From assembly GCA_049317725.1 (NCBI GenBank), contig JBMOHS010000003.1, forward strand, positions 1-58,030: a DNA stretch of 58,030 nt, in the 5' to 3' direction. This document shows, one piece after another, positions 19,266 through 31,519 of the stretch; the first letter of the stretch is position 1; each line of letters starts with the position of its first letter. The DNA comes from Blastocatellia bacterium. Its GTDB lineage: Bacteria; Acidobacteriota; Blastocatellia; RBC074. The translations under genes and the position numbers were made by a program. The notes beneath the pieces were generated by a model, which was not told where the DNA came from, searched no databases, and worked only from the letters and a program-made list of their open reading frames with translations.

Positions 19266-20279
19266 ATGGCTGGAAACAACTTACCAGCAAACCGACAGCG
19301 AGGTCGTCAAATGCTGGCCATCGGACTGCTTTTGGGAGGACTCCTCGGGGGGCTCCTCTGGACCCTCCAACATCAGGTCGAGAAAGGACAAAGAATGCGC
19401 ACCGGACAGACAGGTCCTTCCGACCAACGAAGAGTGACCCAAAAGATGCTGGTGGCCCACCGGGGAGCGTCCGCCTACGCGCCCGAACATACCCTTGCCG
19501 CCTATCAGTTGGCCCTCGATCAGGGAGCCGACTATGTCGAGCAGGATCTCCAGATCACACGCGACGGGCAGCTCGTCTGCCTCCACGACGAGACACTCGA
19601 ACGGACCACCGATGTCGCAACGGTCTTCCCAGACCGCTTCCGGGAAGAGGGCTCCCGACGCCGATGGTATGTCGCCGACTTTACCCTCGACGAGATTCGG
19701 CGATTGGACGCGGGCAGATGGTTCCACGCCGATTTCGCGGGGGCCCGGGTTCCCACTTGGCAGGAGGCGATCGACCTCGTCCGTGGGAAGGCGGGGCTCT
19801 ACCCGGAGACGAAAGCGCCGGAAGCCTACGGGGCCCGTGGCTTCTCGATGGAGCGGCTGGTCATGGAGGTCCTGCGCCGCAATCAGCTCGACCAGCCGGG
19901 GGCCGATCCGGCAACCCCGGTCATCATCCAATCGTTCAGCGCCAAGAGCCTGCAGATTCTCCGGAATGACCTGAACTGCCAGCTGCCCCTCGTCTTTCTG
20001 CTCAACAGCGATCCCCAAGGGGAGTGGCTCCAGAAGGATGGGCTGGCCCGCATCACCCACTTTGCCAACGGCATCGGCCCCGCCAAGCGGCTCATCGAGA
20101 ACGATCCCGCCGTCGTCTCCCGTGCTCACCAAGCGGGACTGACCGTCACCCCCTACACCTTCCGCTCGGCCTCCATCGGCACTTACCCCTCTGTCCGCGC
20201 CGAGATGGAGCACTTTCTCTATACGTTGGGAGTCGACGCCCTCTTCACCGACAACCCGGACCAATTTCCCCGTCGATAA
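19266..20279 (+). CDS. Glycerophosphodiester phosphodiesterase
   Basis: [34 protein letters not shown]; N-terminal hydrophobic anchor. Confidence 0.93.
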   Translation: MAGNNLPANRQRGRQMLAIGLLLGGLLGGLLWTLQHQVEKGQRMRTGQTGPSDQRRVTQKMLVAHRGASAYAPEHTLAAYQLALDQGADYVEQDLQITRDGQLVCLHDETLERTTDVATVFPDRFREEGSRRRWYVADFTLDEIRRLDAGRWFHADFAGARVPTWQEAIDLVRGKAGLYPETKAPEAYGARGFSMERLVMEVLRRNQLDQPGADPATPVIIQSFSAKSLQILRNDLNCQLPLVFLLNSDPQGEWLQKDGLARITHFANGIGPAKRLIENDPAVVSRAHQAGLTVTPYTFRSASIGTYPSVRAEMEHFLYTLGVDALFTDNPDQFPRR

Positions 20280-20316
20280 TCGACAAGTGATGTCCCAGAT
20301 CGAAAGGAGACCCTCC

Positions 20317-20817
20317 ATGCCAGCCAAAAAAGCGACCTCCGCCAGTGAGACGAGTTCCTTCCTTCCCGTCGGCGGCAAGGCCCCGGCCTTCAGCCTCAAG
20401 AGTGCCGCCGGCAAGACCGTCAAGCTCTCCGATTTCAAGGGAAAGAAGGTGGTCCTTTATTTCTACCCCAAAGACCTGACCCCTGGTTGTACCACCGAGG
20501 CCTGCGGTTTTCGGGACGACTACTCCCTGCTGCAGCAACACGGCATCGAGGTCATCGGTGTCAGCGCCGATGATGTCGCCTCCCATCAAAAATTTACCGA
20601 GAAGCACTCCCTCCCCTTCCCGCTCCTCTCTGATCCTGACCACACGATGATCGAAAAGTACGGTGCCTGGGTCGAGAAGAGCATGTACGGCAAGAAGTAC
20701 TGGGGGGTGGCCCGGATCACCTATGTCATCGACGAAGAGGGCCGCATTGCTCACGTCTTCCCGAAGGTCAAACCGGACGGCCACAGCCAGGAGATCCTCG
20801 CCCTCCTCACCGCCTAG
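20317..20817 (+). CDS. bcp: Thioredoxin-dependent peroxiredoxin BCP/PrxQ
   Basis: [20 protein letters not shown]; ATG 20317 after AGGAG. Confidence 0.94.
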   Translation: MPAKKATSASETSSFLPVGGKAPAFSLKSAAGKTVKLSDFKGKKVVLYFYPKDLTPGCTTEACGFRDDYSLLQQHGIEVIGVSADDVASHQKFTEKHSLPFPLLSDPDHTMIEKYGAWVEKSMYGKKYWGVARITYVIDEEGRIAHVFPKVKPDGHSQEILALLTA

Positions 20818-21024
20818 CATTCGCTGGAGTGGACCAAAGAAACTGATCCACAGAGGGCGCAGATTCTAGCTGAGGAGCAGGCGATCCACAATCGTTCTCC
20901 TCTTCGTGAATCTGCGTTTCTCTGGGACGCCCGTTGATCTCTTTCTGCAGATCCCCTCTTCTCTTTGCGTCTTCGCGCCTTCGCGTGAGGTATCACCTCT
21001 CCCTCTGGACATCTTTTCTTTGGC

Positions 21025-21075
21025 AAAAAACACAAAGACCCGGGAGACACTGTCGATCTCCCAGGCCCTTGTGTT
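21025..21075. terminator. Probable bidirectional terminator between bcp and the TonB-dependent receptor
   Basis: AACACAAAGACCCGGGAGA / TCTCCCAGGCCCTTGTGTT inverted repeat; A6 on the left gives a U-tract on the minus strand. Confidence 0.7.
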
Positions 21076-21125
21076 GTCGTTCCCTTCCCACTGCGGGGAA
21101 GATCCCATCATTCCGGGATCGCAGA

Positions 21126-24100
21126 CTAGAACTGCAACCGTGCCCCCAACTGCATCTGGAAGGGAGCTCCCGGATTGTTGTTGAGCAGGTAGTTGCCGTT
21201 GACGTCCTTGACACGGAGGAAGTTCCGGTTGGTCGGAGCGGCGAACCCGCAGTCCCGCGGAACCGGCGCCGCACAGTAGTTGGTCACCTGGGCCCCGGAG
21301 AGCTGGATGTTCTCCATGTTGAAGAGGTTGAAGAACTCGGCCGAGAAGGTCAAGCGACGCGAATCGCCGAGAGAGATCCCCTTCTGGAGGCGCATATCAA
21401 CCTCATAGGTCGCGAGGTTGCGGAACCCATTGCGGACGAAAGGCACACCGGGCGCCGAGTACGGCCGGTCCGGTCCACCGATATCCTCGTTGAAGTCCGA
21501 CCCGACCGAGGCATCGATCGGGAGCCCCGAGCGCAGCCGGATCGCACTCGATGCCTCGAAGCCGAGCGGAAGGAAGACCACCGTGTTGGCGACGAACTGA
21601 TGCCGACGATCGAGCCGCGAGAAGCTGAACTCGGGTGCGAGATTGTAGGCATTCTCGAAGGCAATTCCTCCCGCATCCCGCTCGTTGTCATCATCCGAGA
21701 GCGACCGCGAGAGGGTATAGAAGGCGTTGAACTGGGCGTACTTGCTGCGGTAGTTGGCTCGCAGAACCAAGGCTTGGTAGACGGAACGGCCCGTCGACTC
21801 CCGGACCTGCATGCTGCCGAGGCTGGGAATCGGGCGGTCGATCGCCGGCCGTCCCGCTGCTCCCCGCAACCCAAAGAACGGACGAAGGGCCGGATCTCCC
21901 GCCAAGATAGTCGGCGCCGGAAGATTGAGGTTCCGGTTGCGCTGCAGATAGATCGTATTGACCTGGCTGTAGTCGACACCGACATTGAGGCCACGTGCGA
22001 TCTCACGCTCGATGCCGCCACCCCACTGGTAGGACTTGGGGTTCTTGTACTCATCGGCCCAGGTGATCGGCTGCGCCCCGGTGAAGGGATCGAAGTTGGC
22101 CAATCCCAGGGCACCCGCGATCGACTGGACCTGCTGCGGAGTGAGGATCGGGAGTTTGTCGAGCGTGAAGTTGTTGAGGTCGATCCCGATCAACCGGAGC
22201 TGCTTGTAGATGGTATTGTTCGGATTGCCCGCGGGAACCCGGAAGGGAAGCTGCACCGACAGATCGCCCGGGATCTCCCGGAAATTGTTGAGTGGAGCGG
22301 CCAACAGGAGCATCGGAGTCCGCGCATAGTAGATGCCGCTGAAAGCACGGACGACCGTCTTGCCGCTGCCCGTCGGATCCCAAGCGAGGCCCAGACGGGG
22401 TCCCAACTGGTCGGTCACATCCGGAATCGTCGTCGGATCGACCGTGTGGCCGGAAGGGAACCGGAACCCGCGAACCTTATCGACCAGCGTCCGGTTGGTC
22501 GCCTCTGGGGCCGGGTTGTACTGCCCCTCCCAGCGCACCCCGTAGTTGATTGTCAGGTTGGGGCGGACACGCCACGAGTCCTGGGCATAGAGCGCGTACT
22601 CGTTAACTGTCAGATCGAGTCGACCATTCCCGAGCTGACGCAGGTAGGTCACGTCGGTCGAATCGAAGCGGTTGACCACTCCCGTCGTGATCGACGGCGT
22701 GTACGAGAGGATATCCATGATCGTGTTGGGGTTCGTTCCCTGGATGTTGAAGACCCCGAACTGGTTGAAGGCGAAGGTCTGGTCCGCAAAGACGTGGTTG
22801 ACCTCGGCCCCGAACTTGAAGCTGTGGTTCCCCTTGATCAGGGTCAGATTGTTGAAGATCTGCACGCGCCAATCGAACTGGGTCGTCGGGAGGAAGTTGA
22901 CCGTACCAAAGCGTCCAATCGCGTTGGTGACGTTGGGCGCCTCCGTATTGGCCAAGCGAGGACGAACCTCACGTGAATACTGCGCCCGCAACTCGTTGAC
23001 GAGGTTTGGCTTGAGGAAGCTGGTCAATTGTCCGACGATCGAGTAGTTGCGGTTCTGCTCCGTACCGTTATTGCTCAAGGCACTGACCGTGTTCGGGAAG
23101 AGCTGATTGCCCGTCGAGTTGGCGTTGAGCGCCCTGTTCCAGCTCTGGTTGTAGCGCAGATTGAGCCGGTTGGCCTCGCTGAAGTTGTAGTCGAAGCGGG
23201 CGAGATAGGCGATCGCGTCGTTCGTCTGATCGAAAGGGGTCTGCAAAGAGTTGTAGTAGTTGAAGGCCTCGCGCGTCACATCGGTCGCGGTGACATTCTG
23301 CAAGAGGTCGAAGAAGACGAAGCGGGGATTGGTGAACTTCTGCTGCTCGTAGGAGCCGAAGAAGAAGGCCTTGTCCTTCTTGATCGGTCCACCGATCGAG
23401 CCGCCGAACTGCTGCTGGGTCGGCGCGACGTTAACGGTCCGGCCCAAATTGCGCTGGAGCGCCTCATAGTAGGCATTCTTGCGGGAGAGGTCCTGCGGGC
23501 GAAGGAGGTAGAAAGCGGTCCCACGCGTCTCGTTGGTCCCCGACTTGGTCACCGCGGTCACCAAGCCTCCCGTCGACCGGCCAAACTCGGCGGAGTAACC
23601 CGACGCGACCACCTGGAACTCCTTGATCGACTCCTGCGGGATGGTGAAGGCGCTGTTCGAGCGCTCGCCACCGCGGACACCGCCAAAGAACGGCTGGTTG
23701 TAGTCCATCCCGTCGACGTTGATGTTCGAGTTGATGCCGCGCTGACCGGAGAGCGAGATCTGGCCACGCTGTGGGTCGACCTGGGCGGTCGGCGTCAGCG
23801 TGACGAAGTCCTGAAATCGGCGGCCATTGATCGGCAGGTTGGCGATCGAGGCCTCGTTGATCAGGGCATCCGGCTGCGAGACCGTCGTCTGGATGGCGTC
23901 GGCGGTCACCGTGATCGTCTCCGAGACAGCCCCGACTCCGAGGGTCAAGTTGATTTCAGTGACCTGCCCGACCTTGACCTGGACATTGGCCACTTCCCGT
24001 TTGGCGAACCCGCTCGCCTCCGTCGTCAGGAGGTAGGTCCCGGACGGAACCAGCACGAAACGGTAGATCCCGCTCTCGTTCGAGGTGGTGCTCGATTCAA

Positions 24101-24290
24101 GCCCGGTCTGGGTGCTGGCAATCCGCACCGCCGCTCCGGCAACCGCGGCTCCCGTCGAATCCCGTACCACACCCGAGATCTGGCCCGTACTTCCCTGGGC
24201 CTGCCCAAGCACTTGCCGGGCCCCAGCAATCATCAGCAGCGACAACGAGAGTGCCGCCACCGTCCCACGAATGATCGTTTGCTTCCCCAT
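21126..24290 (-). CDS. TonB-dependent receptor with N-terminal carboxypeptidase-regulatory-like domain
   Basis: Signal peptide, [28 protein letters not shown]...[11 protein letters not shown]...VTKSGTN plug, C-terminal MQLGARLQF. Confidence 0.92.
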   Translation of the reverse strand: MGKQTIIRGTVAALSLSLLMIAGARQVLGQAQGSTGQISGVVRDSTGAAVAGAAVRIASTQTGLESSTTSNESGIYRFVLVPSGTYLLTTEASGFAKREVANVQVKVGQVTEINLTLGVGAVSETITVTADAIQTTVSQPDALINEASIANLPINGRRFQDFVTLTPTAQVDPQRGQISLSGQRGINSNINVDGMDYNQPFFGGVRGGERSNSAFTIPQESIKEFQVVASGYSAEFGRSTGGLVTAVTKSGTNETRGTAFYLLRPQDLSRKNAYYEALQRNLGRTVNVAPTQQQFGGSIGGPIKKDKAFFFGSYEQQKFTNPRFVFFDLLQNVTATDVTREAFNYYNSLQTPFDQTNDAIAYLARFDYNFSEANRLNLRYNQSWNRALNANSTGNQLFPNTVSALSNNGTEQNRNYSIVGQLTSFLKPNLVNELRAQYSREVRPRLANTEAPNVTNAIGRFGTVNFLPTTQFDWRVQIFNNLTLIKGNHSFKFGAEVNHVFADQTFAFNQFGVFNIQGTNPNTIMDILSYTPSITTGVVNRFDSTDVTYLRQLGNGRLDLTVNEYALYAQDSWRVRPNLTINYGVRWEGQYNPAPEATNRTLVDKVRGFRFPSGHTVDPTTIPDVTDQLGPRLGLAWDPTGSGKTVVRAFSGIYYARTPMLLLAAPLNNFREIPGDLSVQLPFRVPAGNPNNTIYKQLRLIGIDLNNFTLDKLPILTPQQVQSIAGALGLANFDPFTGAQPITWADEYKNPKSYQWGGGIEREIARGLNVGVDYSQVNTIYLQRNRNLNLPAPTILAGDPALRPFFGLRGAAGRPAIDRPIPSLGSMQVRESTGRSVYQALVLRANYRSKYAQFNAFYTLSRSLSDDDNERDAGGIAFENAYNLAPEFSFSRLDRRHQFVANTVVFLPLGFEASSAIRLRSGLPIDASVGSDFNEDIGGPDRPYSAPGVPFVRNGFRNLATYEVDMRLQKGISLGDSRRLTFSAEFFNLFNMENIQLSGAQVTNYCAAPVPRDCGFAAPTNRNFLRVKDVNGNYLLNNNPGAPFQMQLGARLQF

Positions 24291-24563
24291 AGAATTTTGC
24301 CTCACTTGAAAAATTGTTCTTCCTCCAGTTCCAGGCACGCCGGGTAGCGCGCGGGAAACCGGACCGATGCGTCGAAGCCCGCCTGCACTGTCTGTACAAA
24401 GGCAAGGAACTGTTGTCGATCGATCGGCTGGTAACGAGGCCCACTCCCCAGGTCCCCCTGGAAAGCTGACCAGACCAGCCGCTTCTCTCCCCTTCCCGAC
24501 ACGACTCTCCCCAATCAGGGTACGAGCGTGCGCTTTTGCCATTCCAGCAAGCTTCCTTGGCCT

Positions 24564-24599
24564 TGCCGACCTCTGTGCCGACCTCTGTACCGACCTTTG
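24564..24599. repeat. 12-bp tandem repeat x3 (TGCCGACCTCTG, TGCCGACCTCTG, TACCGACCTTTG)
   Basis: Read directly; intergenic, upstream of the receptor. Confidence 0.85.
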
Positions 24600-24975
24600 G
24601 TACGGTCACGGGTGACAATCGCCAGGACGTCAGTCAACTCTCTTCTCCTGTCCAGTCCATTCTCACGAACCGATATGGCCATCCCCACTAACGGTGAGGG
24701 AAAGCCTCCATCCCCTCGATTCGGAGGAATCAAATCCCGGAATCTTTCCTGAGCACAAGGGGCCTCCAAGGCCGTCCTGTGTGTCCATTCTCGGGTTGCT
24801 TGCACGGTGATTGAATCCGTACTTCGATGAAATAGGTGCTTAGTTCCTGTCGCGGTAGGTATGAAAGAGTAGAACAGTGAAGCAGGAAGGTCAAGTTAAG
24901 TTGCCCTCAGCTTCAAGGGGCAGGTGACGGAGGCCGACTTCCCGCCAATCAACAACGCCACCCAGGAGAATCGAC

Positions 24976-25022
24976 AAAGAGGCCGTTCGACACCAGTACC
25001 GATGGCATCAAACGGCCTCTTT
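24976..25022 (-). terminator. Probable groEL terminator
   Basis: AAAGAGGCCGTT / AACGGCCTCTTT perfect 12-bp arms about 40 nt after the groEL stop. Confidence 0.75.
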
Positions 25023-25063
25023 CAGTCAACCAGGAGGTTCTCTCTCAAGAAGAGAGAGGGTGA

Positions 25064-26833
<1,770 letters not shown>

Positions 26834-26873
26834 TCAAGGGCGAAAGGTCCGAGCCGCGGCCCGGCCCGGGCGA

Positions 26874-27203
26874 CTACTTGGCGCCCTTGCCCTTGGCCGT
26901 CCCCTCGATGACACCCAGCACGTCATCCTCGCGAAGGATCAACAGCTCTTCGCCATCCAGCTTGACCTCTGTCCCGGAATACTTGCCGAAGAGGACCCGA
27001 TCCCCCGGCTTGAGGTCGATCGTTGTCCGCGTGCCGTTGTCGAGCAACTTGCCGTTTCCAACCGCCAGAACCTCACCTTCCTGCGGCTTCTCCTTGGCGG
27101 TGTCCGGGATGTAGAGCCCTCCACGCATCTGCTCCTGCTCCTCCATCCGCTTGACAATAATCCGATCATTCAAGGGTCGAATCGACGACGCCATAATTTC
27201 CAT
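26874..27203 (-). CDS. groS: Co-chaperonin GroES (start may be 27194)
   Basis: [39 protein letters not shown]. Confidence 0.98.
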   Translation of the reverse strand: MEIMASSIRPLNDRIIVKRMEEQEQMRGGLYIPDTAKEKPQEGEVLAVGNGKLLDNGTRTTIDLKPGDRVLFGKYSGTEVKLDGEELLILREDDVLGVIEGTAKGKGAK

Positions 27204-27406
27204 TCTCCTTTCGTGTCACTTGTGAACTTGGGATGACCGGTCTCCCGCCATCCCATCTCTCTCCCATTGCTTGCCTTGTCCTCTTAACGAACAGTCTCAA
27301 TCCGTTAATGGACAAGCTCAACCGGTTCAAACCCGGCGATCCCCCCTTCGCCCCATCGCAGACCTTCGTCCGCCTGCTCAGCTCCCGCGCTCTTTAGCAG
27401 TCGCTA

Positions 27407-27433
27407 TTAGCACTCCAGGCAAAGGAGTGCCAA
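27407..27433. promoter_or_regulatory. CIRCE element (HrcA operator)
   Basis: TTAGCACTC-N9-GAGTGCCAA, one mismatch from the TTAGCACTC-N9-GAGTGCTAA consensus, upstream of groES. Confidence 0.95.
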
Positions 27434-27461
27434 GTATAAAAATCGGATCGCTGGTTGTCAA
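27433..27461 (-). promoter_or_regulatory. Sigma70-type groESL promoter
   Basis: Minus strand TTGACA-N17-TATACT abutting the CIRCE box. Confidence 0.9.
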
Positions 27462-27481
27462 ATCGAGAAATGGGGAGGGTG

Positions 27482-27709
27482 TCAATCTGCCTGGGCAGTT
27501 GAGGAGGGGAGGGAGGGGGAATAGCCGGCAAGTCGCTTGCTGAGGGTATTGCGATGGATCCCGAGTTCAGTGGCGGCGCGAGAGAGATTCTGGTTGTGGC
27601 GGGCAAGGACCTGGAGGATGAACTGCTTTTCGAACTCGCGGACCGCCTCCTCGAAGAGGATTCCCTGGGAGATCATCTGTTGGATCAGGCGTTCGAGATC
27701 GGTCTTCAT
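27482..27709 (-). CDS. Small Fis-type helix-turn-helix protein (75 aa)
   Basis: FEKQFILQVL...NLSRAATELGIHRNTLSKRL (HTH_8 pattern); ATG 27709 after GGAGAG. Confidence 0.85.
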   Translation of the reverse strand: MKTDLERLIQQMISQGILFEEAVREFEKQFILQVLARHNQNLSRAATELGIHRNTLSKRLAGYSPSLPSSTAQAD

Positions 27710-27785
27710 CGATGACTCTCCGAGAGGCGCGGCGTTCTCCGTCAATGGATCGAGGAGGAGAACGGACCGTGCAGGGCCGAAGGCA

Positions 27786-28739
27786 TTACTGGGACAACGC
27801 GACGCTGGGCAACGGCTTGCCCGTGAGCAGAAGATAGGCTTCGAGGTAACGCGCGCTGGTCGCCTCAACGATGTCGTCTGGGAGGGGAGGAGCCGGCGGC
27901 TGTTTATCCCAGTCAAGGGTTTCGAGGTAATCCCGGACGAACTGCTTATCAAAAGAGGGGGGAGAAGTACCCGGGCGATAGCGATCAGCGGGCCAGAAAC
28001 GGGAAGAGTCGGGGGTCAGGGCCTCGTCAATGAGGATGATCCGACCGTCGCGCAGACCGAACTCGAACTTGGTATCGGCGATGATGATGCCACGTTCGGT
28101 GGCGTAGGCGGCAGCCTGTCGGTAGAGGGCCAAGCTGGTCTGCTCAAGAGAGTGGGTCAGATCAGTGCCGAGTTGGGCCGCCATCGTCGCCACGGAGACA
28201 TTGATGTCGTGACCCGATTCCGCCTTGGTCGCCGGGGTGAAGATCGGTGCGGGGAGCTGGGCTGCTTCCGACAAGCCCGCGGGGAGGACGTGTCCGCAGA
28301 CAGCACCCGTTTCACGATACTCTTTCCAGCCAGAGCCAGCGAGATAGCCTCGAACGACACACTCGAAGGGAAGAACCTCAGCACGCCGAACGAGCATGGC
28401 ACGTCCTGTCAACCAGCGGCGGGACTCGGCTGAGAGGCGGTGCAACAGAGAGGGGGGGAAGTGGTCGAGATCGGCTGTCACCAAGTGGTTCGGGACGAGC
28501 GCAGCCAGTTGGTGAAACCAGAAGACAGAGAGCTGGGTCAAGACCTCGCCTTTGCGCGGGATGGCGTTGGGCAGAATACAGTCGAAGGCGGAGAGGCGGT
28601 CGGTCGCCACCATCAGCAGGTGGTCCGAATCGACCTCGTAGAGATCGCGAACCTTGCCGCTGCGGAGAAAGGGGAGTTCGAGGTCTTCCCCACCTCCCGG
28701 CCGCTTCCCGTCCGCCCTGTCCAGTTGATCACTGCTCAT
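27786..28739 (-). CDS. purC: SAICAR synthase
   Basis: SGKVRDLY, ATDRLSAFD, ECVVRGYL, IADTKFEFG, DEALTPDSSRFW, FDKQFVRD. Confidence 0.97.
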   Translation of the reverse strand: MSSDQLDRADGKRPGGGEDLELPFLRSGKVRDLYEVDSDHLLMVATDRLSAFDCILPNAIPRKGEVLTQLSVFWFHQLAALVPNHLVTADLDHFPPSLLHRLSAESRRWLTGRAMLVRRAEVLPFECVVRGYLAGSGWKEYRETGAVCGHVLPAGLSEAAQLPAPIFTPATKAESGHDINVSVATMAAQLGTDLTHSLEQTSLALYRQAAAYATERGIIIADTKFEFGLRDGRIILIDEALTPDSSRFWPADRYRPGTSPPSFDKQFVRDYLETLDWDKQPPAPPLPDDIVEATSARYLEAYLLLTGKPLPSVALSQ

Positions 28740-28965
28740 CACCGCGCCCCTCCTGCCAACGTCGCCGATGCACCGTCTGAGCTTGGCGACGAACCCGTCC
28801 CGGCCCTCCCGTGCCCGCTCTCCCCTGCCCCACATGGCGATCAGACGGGAGAGTCCGGGACGAGAGTTCCGGGGTCGCTCCGCGATCGGCTCGAGCAGGG
28901 AATGTCTGGGCTGGCGGTTGTTCCTTGAGGAGAACACTTCGCTCCGCTCTTTCCTGAAGGGGCGC

Positions 28966-28994
28966 ATTATTGAGGCCGGGAGTGGCTTTGTCAA
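28966..28994 (-). promoter_or_regulatory. Probable purC promoter
   Basis: Minus strand TTGACA-N17-AATAAT. Confidence 0.55.
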
Positions 28995-29471
28995 GACAGC
29001 ACAGGGAAGGCATTGATCTGAAACAGCTCCGTCAGCCCGCTCCCGGCGACGCTCCCCGATCTGCCATTCAGTTGCTTCAATCTACATCAACCCGGCGATC
29101 GACGGCTCAGTTGCAATCGCCAACGGAGCGAACGTTCCCTCCGTCGATCAAAACCGAACCATCAGTTCCCAAGGCCAGCAAGAGGAGGGCCCGGACCGCC
29201 ATTCTCGGCGGAAAAAGTTGAACACCACACCATCAAATTCTTGACTTTCTCCGATAATTTCTCCTTACTAGCATCCGTCAGATTTTCATACTCACAGTGC
29301 CAACTTCGAACAAAGGAATGCAGGCTCGGGAATGAACGCCGGAAGAGCTTCAGTCCTGGCCTGATCCAGGCGGGCGAGGGGAATCTTCCCTTCGCCTTGG
29401 ACTGACATCCGATCTTCGCCCTGAGGTCAGAGACCGTGGCGTCAATGAAGATCACTAGTGGAGGGAAATAG

Positions 29472-31283
29472 ATGATTGTCGCGATACGGATAGGCCTTGG
29501 CTTGGCGCTTGCGTTGATCCTTGGGTTTCTCATTTTTGGCGGCGAGCGCCTCGCCAGCCGGGTCGATGCTGCGGGGCCGTTGCCGATCAAACTGGAGCGC
29601 CATTTGGCTGTGCCCATGCGGGATGGAGTGACCCTCTACGGAGATCTCTACCGGCCCCGGGCGGACGGGAAGTACCCAGTCCTGATCGTGCGAACGCCTT
29701 ATGGAGTGCAGCGCGACGGCGTCCACGAGACCATGATGAAGTTCGCGCAGAATGGGTACGCGACCTTCATTCAGGATACCCGCGGACGTTATGAGAGTGA
29801 AGGAAAATGGGAGCCGTTCCGGACCGAGGCTGAGGACGGGTATGACACGATCGAGTGGGCGGCAAAGCAGCCTTGGTCGAACGGCAAGGTCGCGACGCAG
29901 GGTGGATCTTACCTGGGCCACGTCCAGTGGCGAGCCGGAAGCCTGACCCCACCCAGCCTCGTCGCGATGTTTCCAGCAGTCGCTTCGACCAATATCTACG
30001 CCAACTGGATCACGCTTGGCGGGGCCTACCGGTTATCGTTCAACTATGGTTGGGGAGTGGTGCGCATGCCACACCGGATCATGCTGCCACAATACTGGCA
30101 CAGTGAGCCCTACTCGCCAACCGAGTTGAAGTACGAGACGATCCTCAATCACCTGCCGTTGATCGACGGCGACCTCGAGAGCGCTGGTGGAGTGGTTCAA
30201 CACTATCGGGACTGGCTCTCCCACCCAGACTACGACCAATACTGGCGCTCGATCAGCGACGAGGAGCGGTTTGCCAACGTCAAAGTGCCCGTCTTCACCA
30301 GTGGGGGATGGTTCGACATCTTCGTGCAAGGCACGATCAACGGCTATGTCGGGATGAAGAAGTACGGGGGCACGGAGAAGGCGCGGCGTGAATCTCGCAT
30401 GATCATCGGCGCGTGGGGCCATGGACCGAGTCAGAAGTTTGGCGATGTCGATTTTGGGCCGATCAACAACCGGAACCAGTTCGAGACCGAACTCCGTTGG
30501 TTCGATCACCACGTCAAAGGGATGCGCACCGATCTCGCGAATCTGCCGCCGGTCGAGATCTTCTACATGGGCGTCAACCAGTGGCAACACGAACAGGACT
30601 GGCCAATCCCCGGAGCGAAGGAGACCCCCTTCTACCTCTCGAGCGGGGGTGCCGCCAACACCCCGGCCGGCAATGGCCGTCTCAGCCTCGCCCAACCCAC
30701 CGGAGCACCGAGCGATCAGTATCGGTACGATCCGAATGATCCGGTTCCGACGCTGGGAGGAAACAACTGCTGCGGCACGCCGACGGTGGCGGGGCCGAAG
30801 GACCAACGGCCCCTGGCTGGGCGCAAGGACATCCTCGTCTACACCAGCGAGCCCCTCAAGGAGTCGCTGGCGATTGCCGGTCCGGTAAAGATGAAGCTCT
30901 TTGCCGCGACCGATGGGCCAGACACGGACTGGGTCGTCAAGCTGATCGATGTTCGCCCGGATGGCTTCGCCATCAATGTCTGCGAGGGGATTCTGCGGGC
31001 GCGTTACCGCCAGGGAACCGCGAAGCCCGAGTTGCTGACCCCGAACAAGGCCTACGAGTTTGAGGTCGATCTCGTCGGGACAGCCAATGTCTTTCTGCCC
31101 GGACACCGGATTCGGGTCGATGTGACGAGCAGCCATTTCCCGCAATTCGACCGCAACCCGAATACTGGCGAGCCGTTTGCACGCTCGGCAAAGGTTCGGG
31201 TCGCGGCCCAAACGATCTTCCATTCGACCGATCGACCCTCGCACATCGTGCTTCCAGTCGTGCCGGTGCCGAAGAAGAAGTGA
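29472..31283 (+). CDS. Exported CocE/NonD family serine hydrolase (peptidase S15-like)
   Basis: VPMRDGVTL, RTPY, GGSYLG nucleophile, GGWFD, GAWGHG, SSHFPQFDRNPNTG; N-terminal hydrophobic signal/anchor. Confidence 0.93.
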   Translation: MIVAIRIGLGLALALILGFLIFGGERLASRVDAAGPLPIKLERHLAVPMRDGVTLYGDLYRPRADGKYPVLIVRTPYGVQRDGVHETMMKFAQNGYATFIQDTRGRYESEGKWEPFRTEAEDGYDTIEWAAKQPWSNGKVATQGGSYLGHVQWRAGSLTPPSLVAMFPAVASTNIYANWITLGGAYRLSFNYGWGVVRMPHRIMLPQYWHSEPYSPTELKYETILNHLPLIDGDLESAGGVVQHYRDWLSHPDYDQYWRSISDEERFANVKVPVFTSGGWFDIFVQGTINGYVGMKKYGGTEKARRESRMIIGAWGHGPSQKFGDVDFGPINNRNQFETELRWFDHHVKGMRTDLANLPPVEIFYMGVNQWQHEQDWPIPGAKETPFYLSSGGAANTPAGNGRLSLAQPTGAPSDQYRYDPNDPVPTLGGNNCCGTPTVAGPKDQRPLAGRKDILVYTSEPLKESLAIAGPVKMKLFAATDGPDTDWVVKLIDVRPDGFAINVCEGILRARYRQGTAKPELLTPNKAYEFEVDLVGTANVFLPGHRIRVDVTSSHFPQFDRNPNTGEPFARSAKVRVAAQTIFHSTDRPSHIVLPVVPVPKKK

Positions 31284-31519
31284 CCCCGGTTTTTGCACCA
31301 CTGGCCCGTCTCTCCAAGATTGCCAAGGAGGGAACGGGCCGGTGGTGAAAATGCCCGTTTCCTCTTCCATCACGCGGCGATTCAGGCACTCTGTCAGCCA
31401 TTCCAGCTCAATCTGTCTTGACTCGACAAGTGCGAAAACTCGTGGAAATGGGAAGGATGCGTGTGATCGCGTGTAGACAAAAGGAGACCGTATTCATGAT
31501 GACGATGACGGAGGCATCT

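Noticed and set aside
20934-24347. 680-aa and 439-aa antisense ORFs opposite the first TonB receptor, and similar shadows over groEL, bamA, cocE and PBP1A
   Set aside because: Same shadow-ORF artefact; the opposite strand carries clear family motifs.
24291-24975. Cobalamin or TPP riboswitch upstream of the first TonB receptor
   Set aside because: No B12-box or TPP consensus found by eye.
28860-28885. ZTP riboswitch upstream of purC (minus strand GGAGCGACCCCGG resembles part of one)
   Set aside because: The GACTGGCG and CGCCTGGGC elements I would expect are not visible; kept only as an unknown structured leader.
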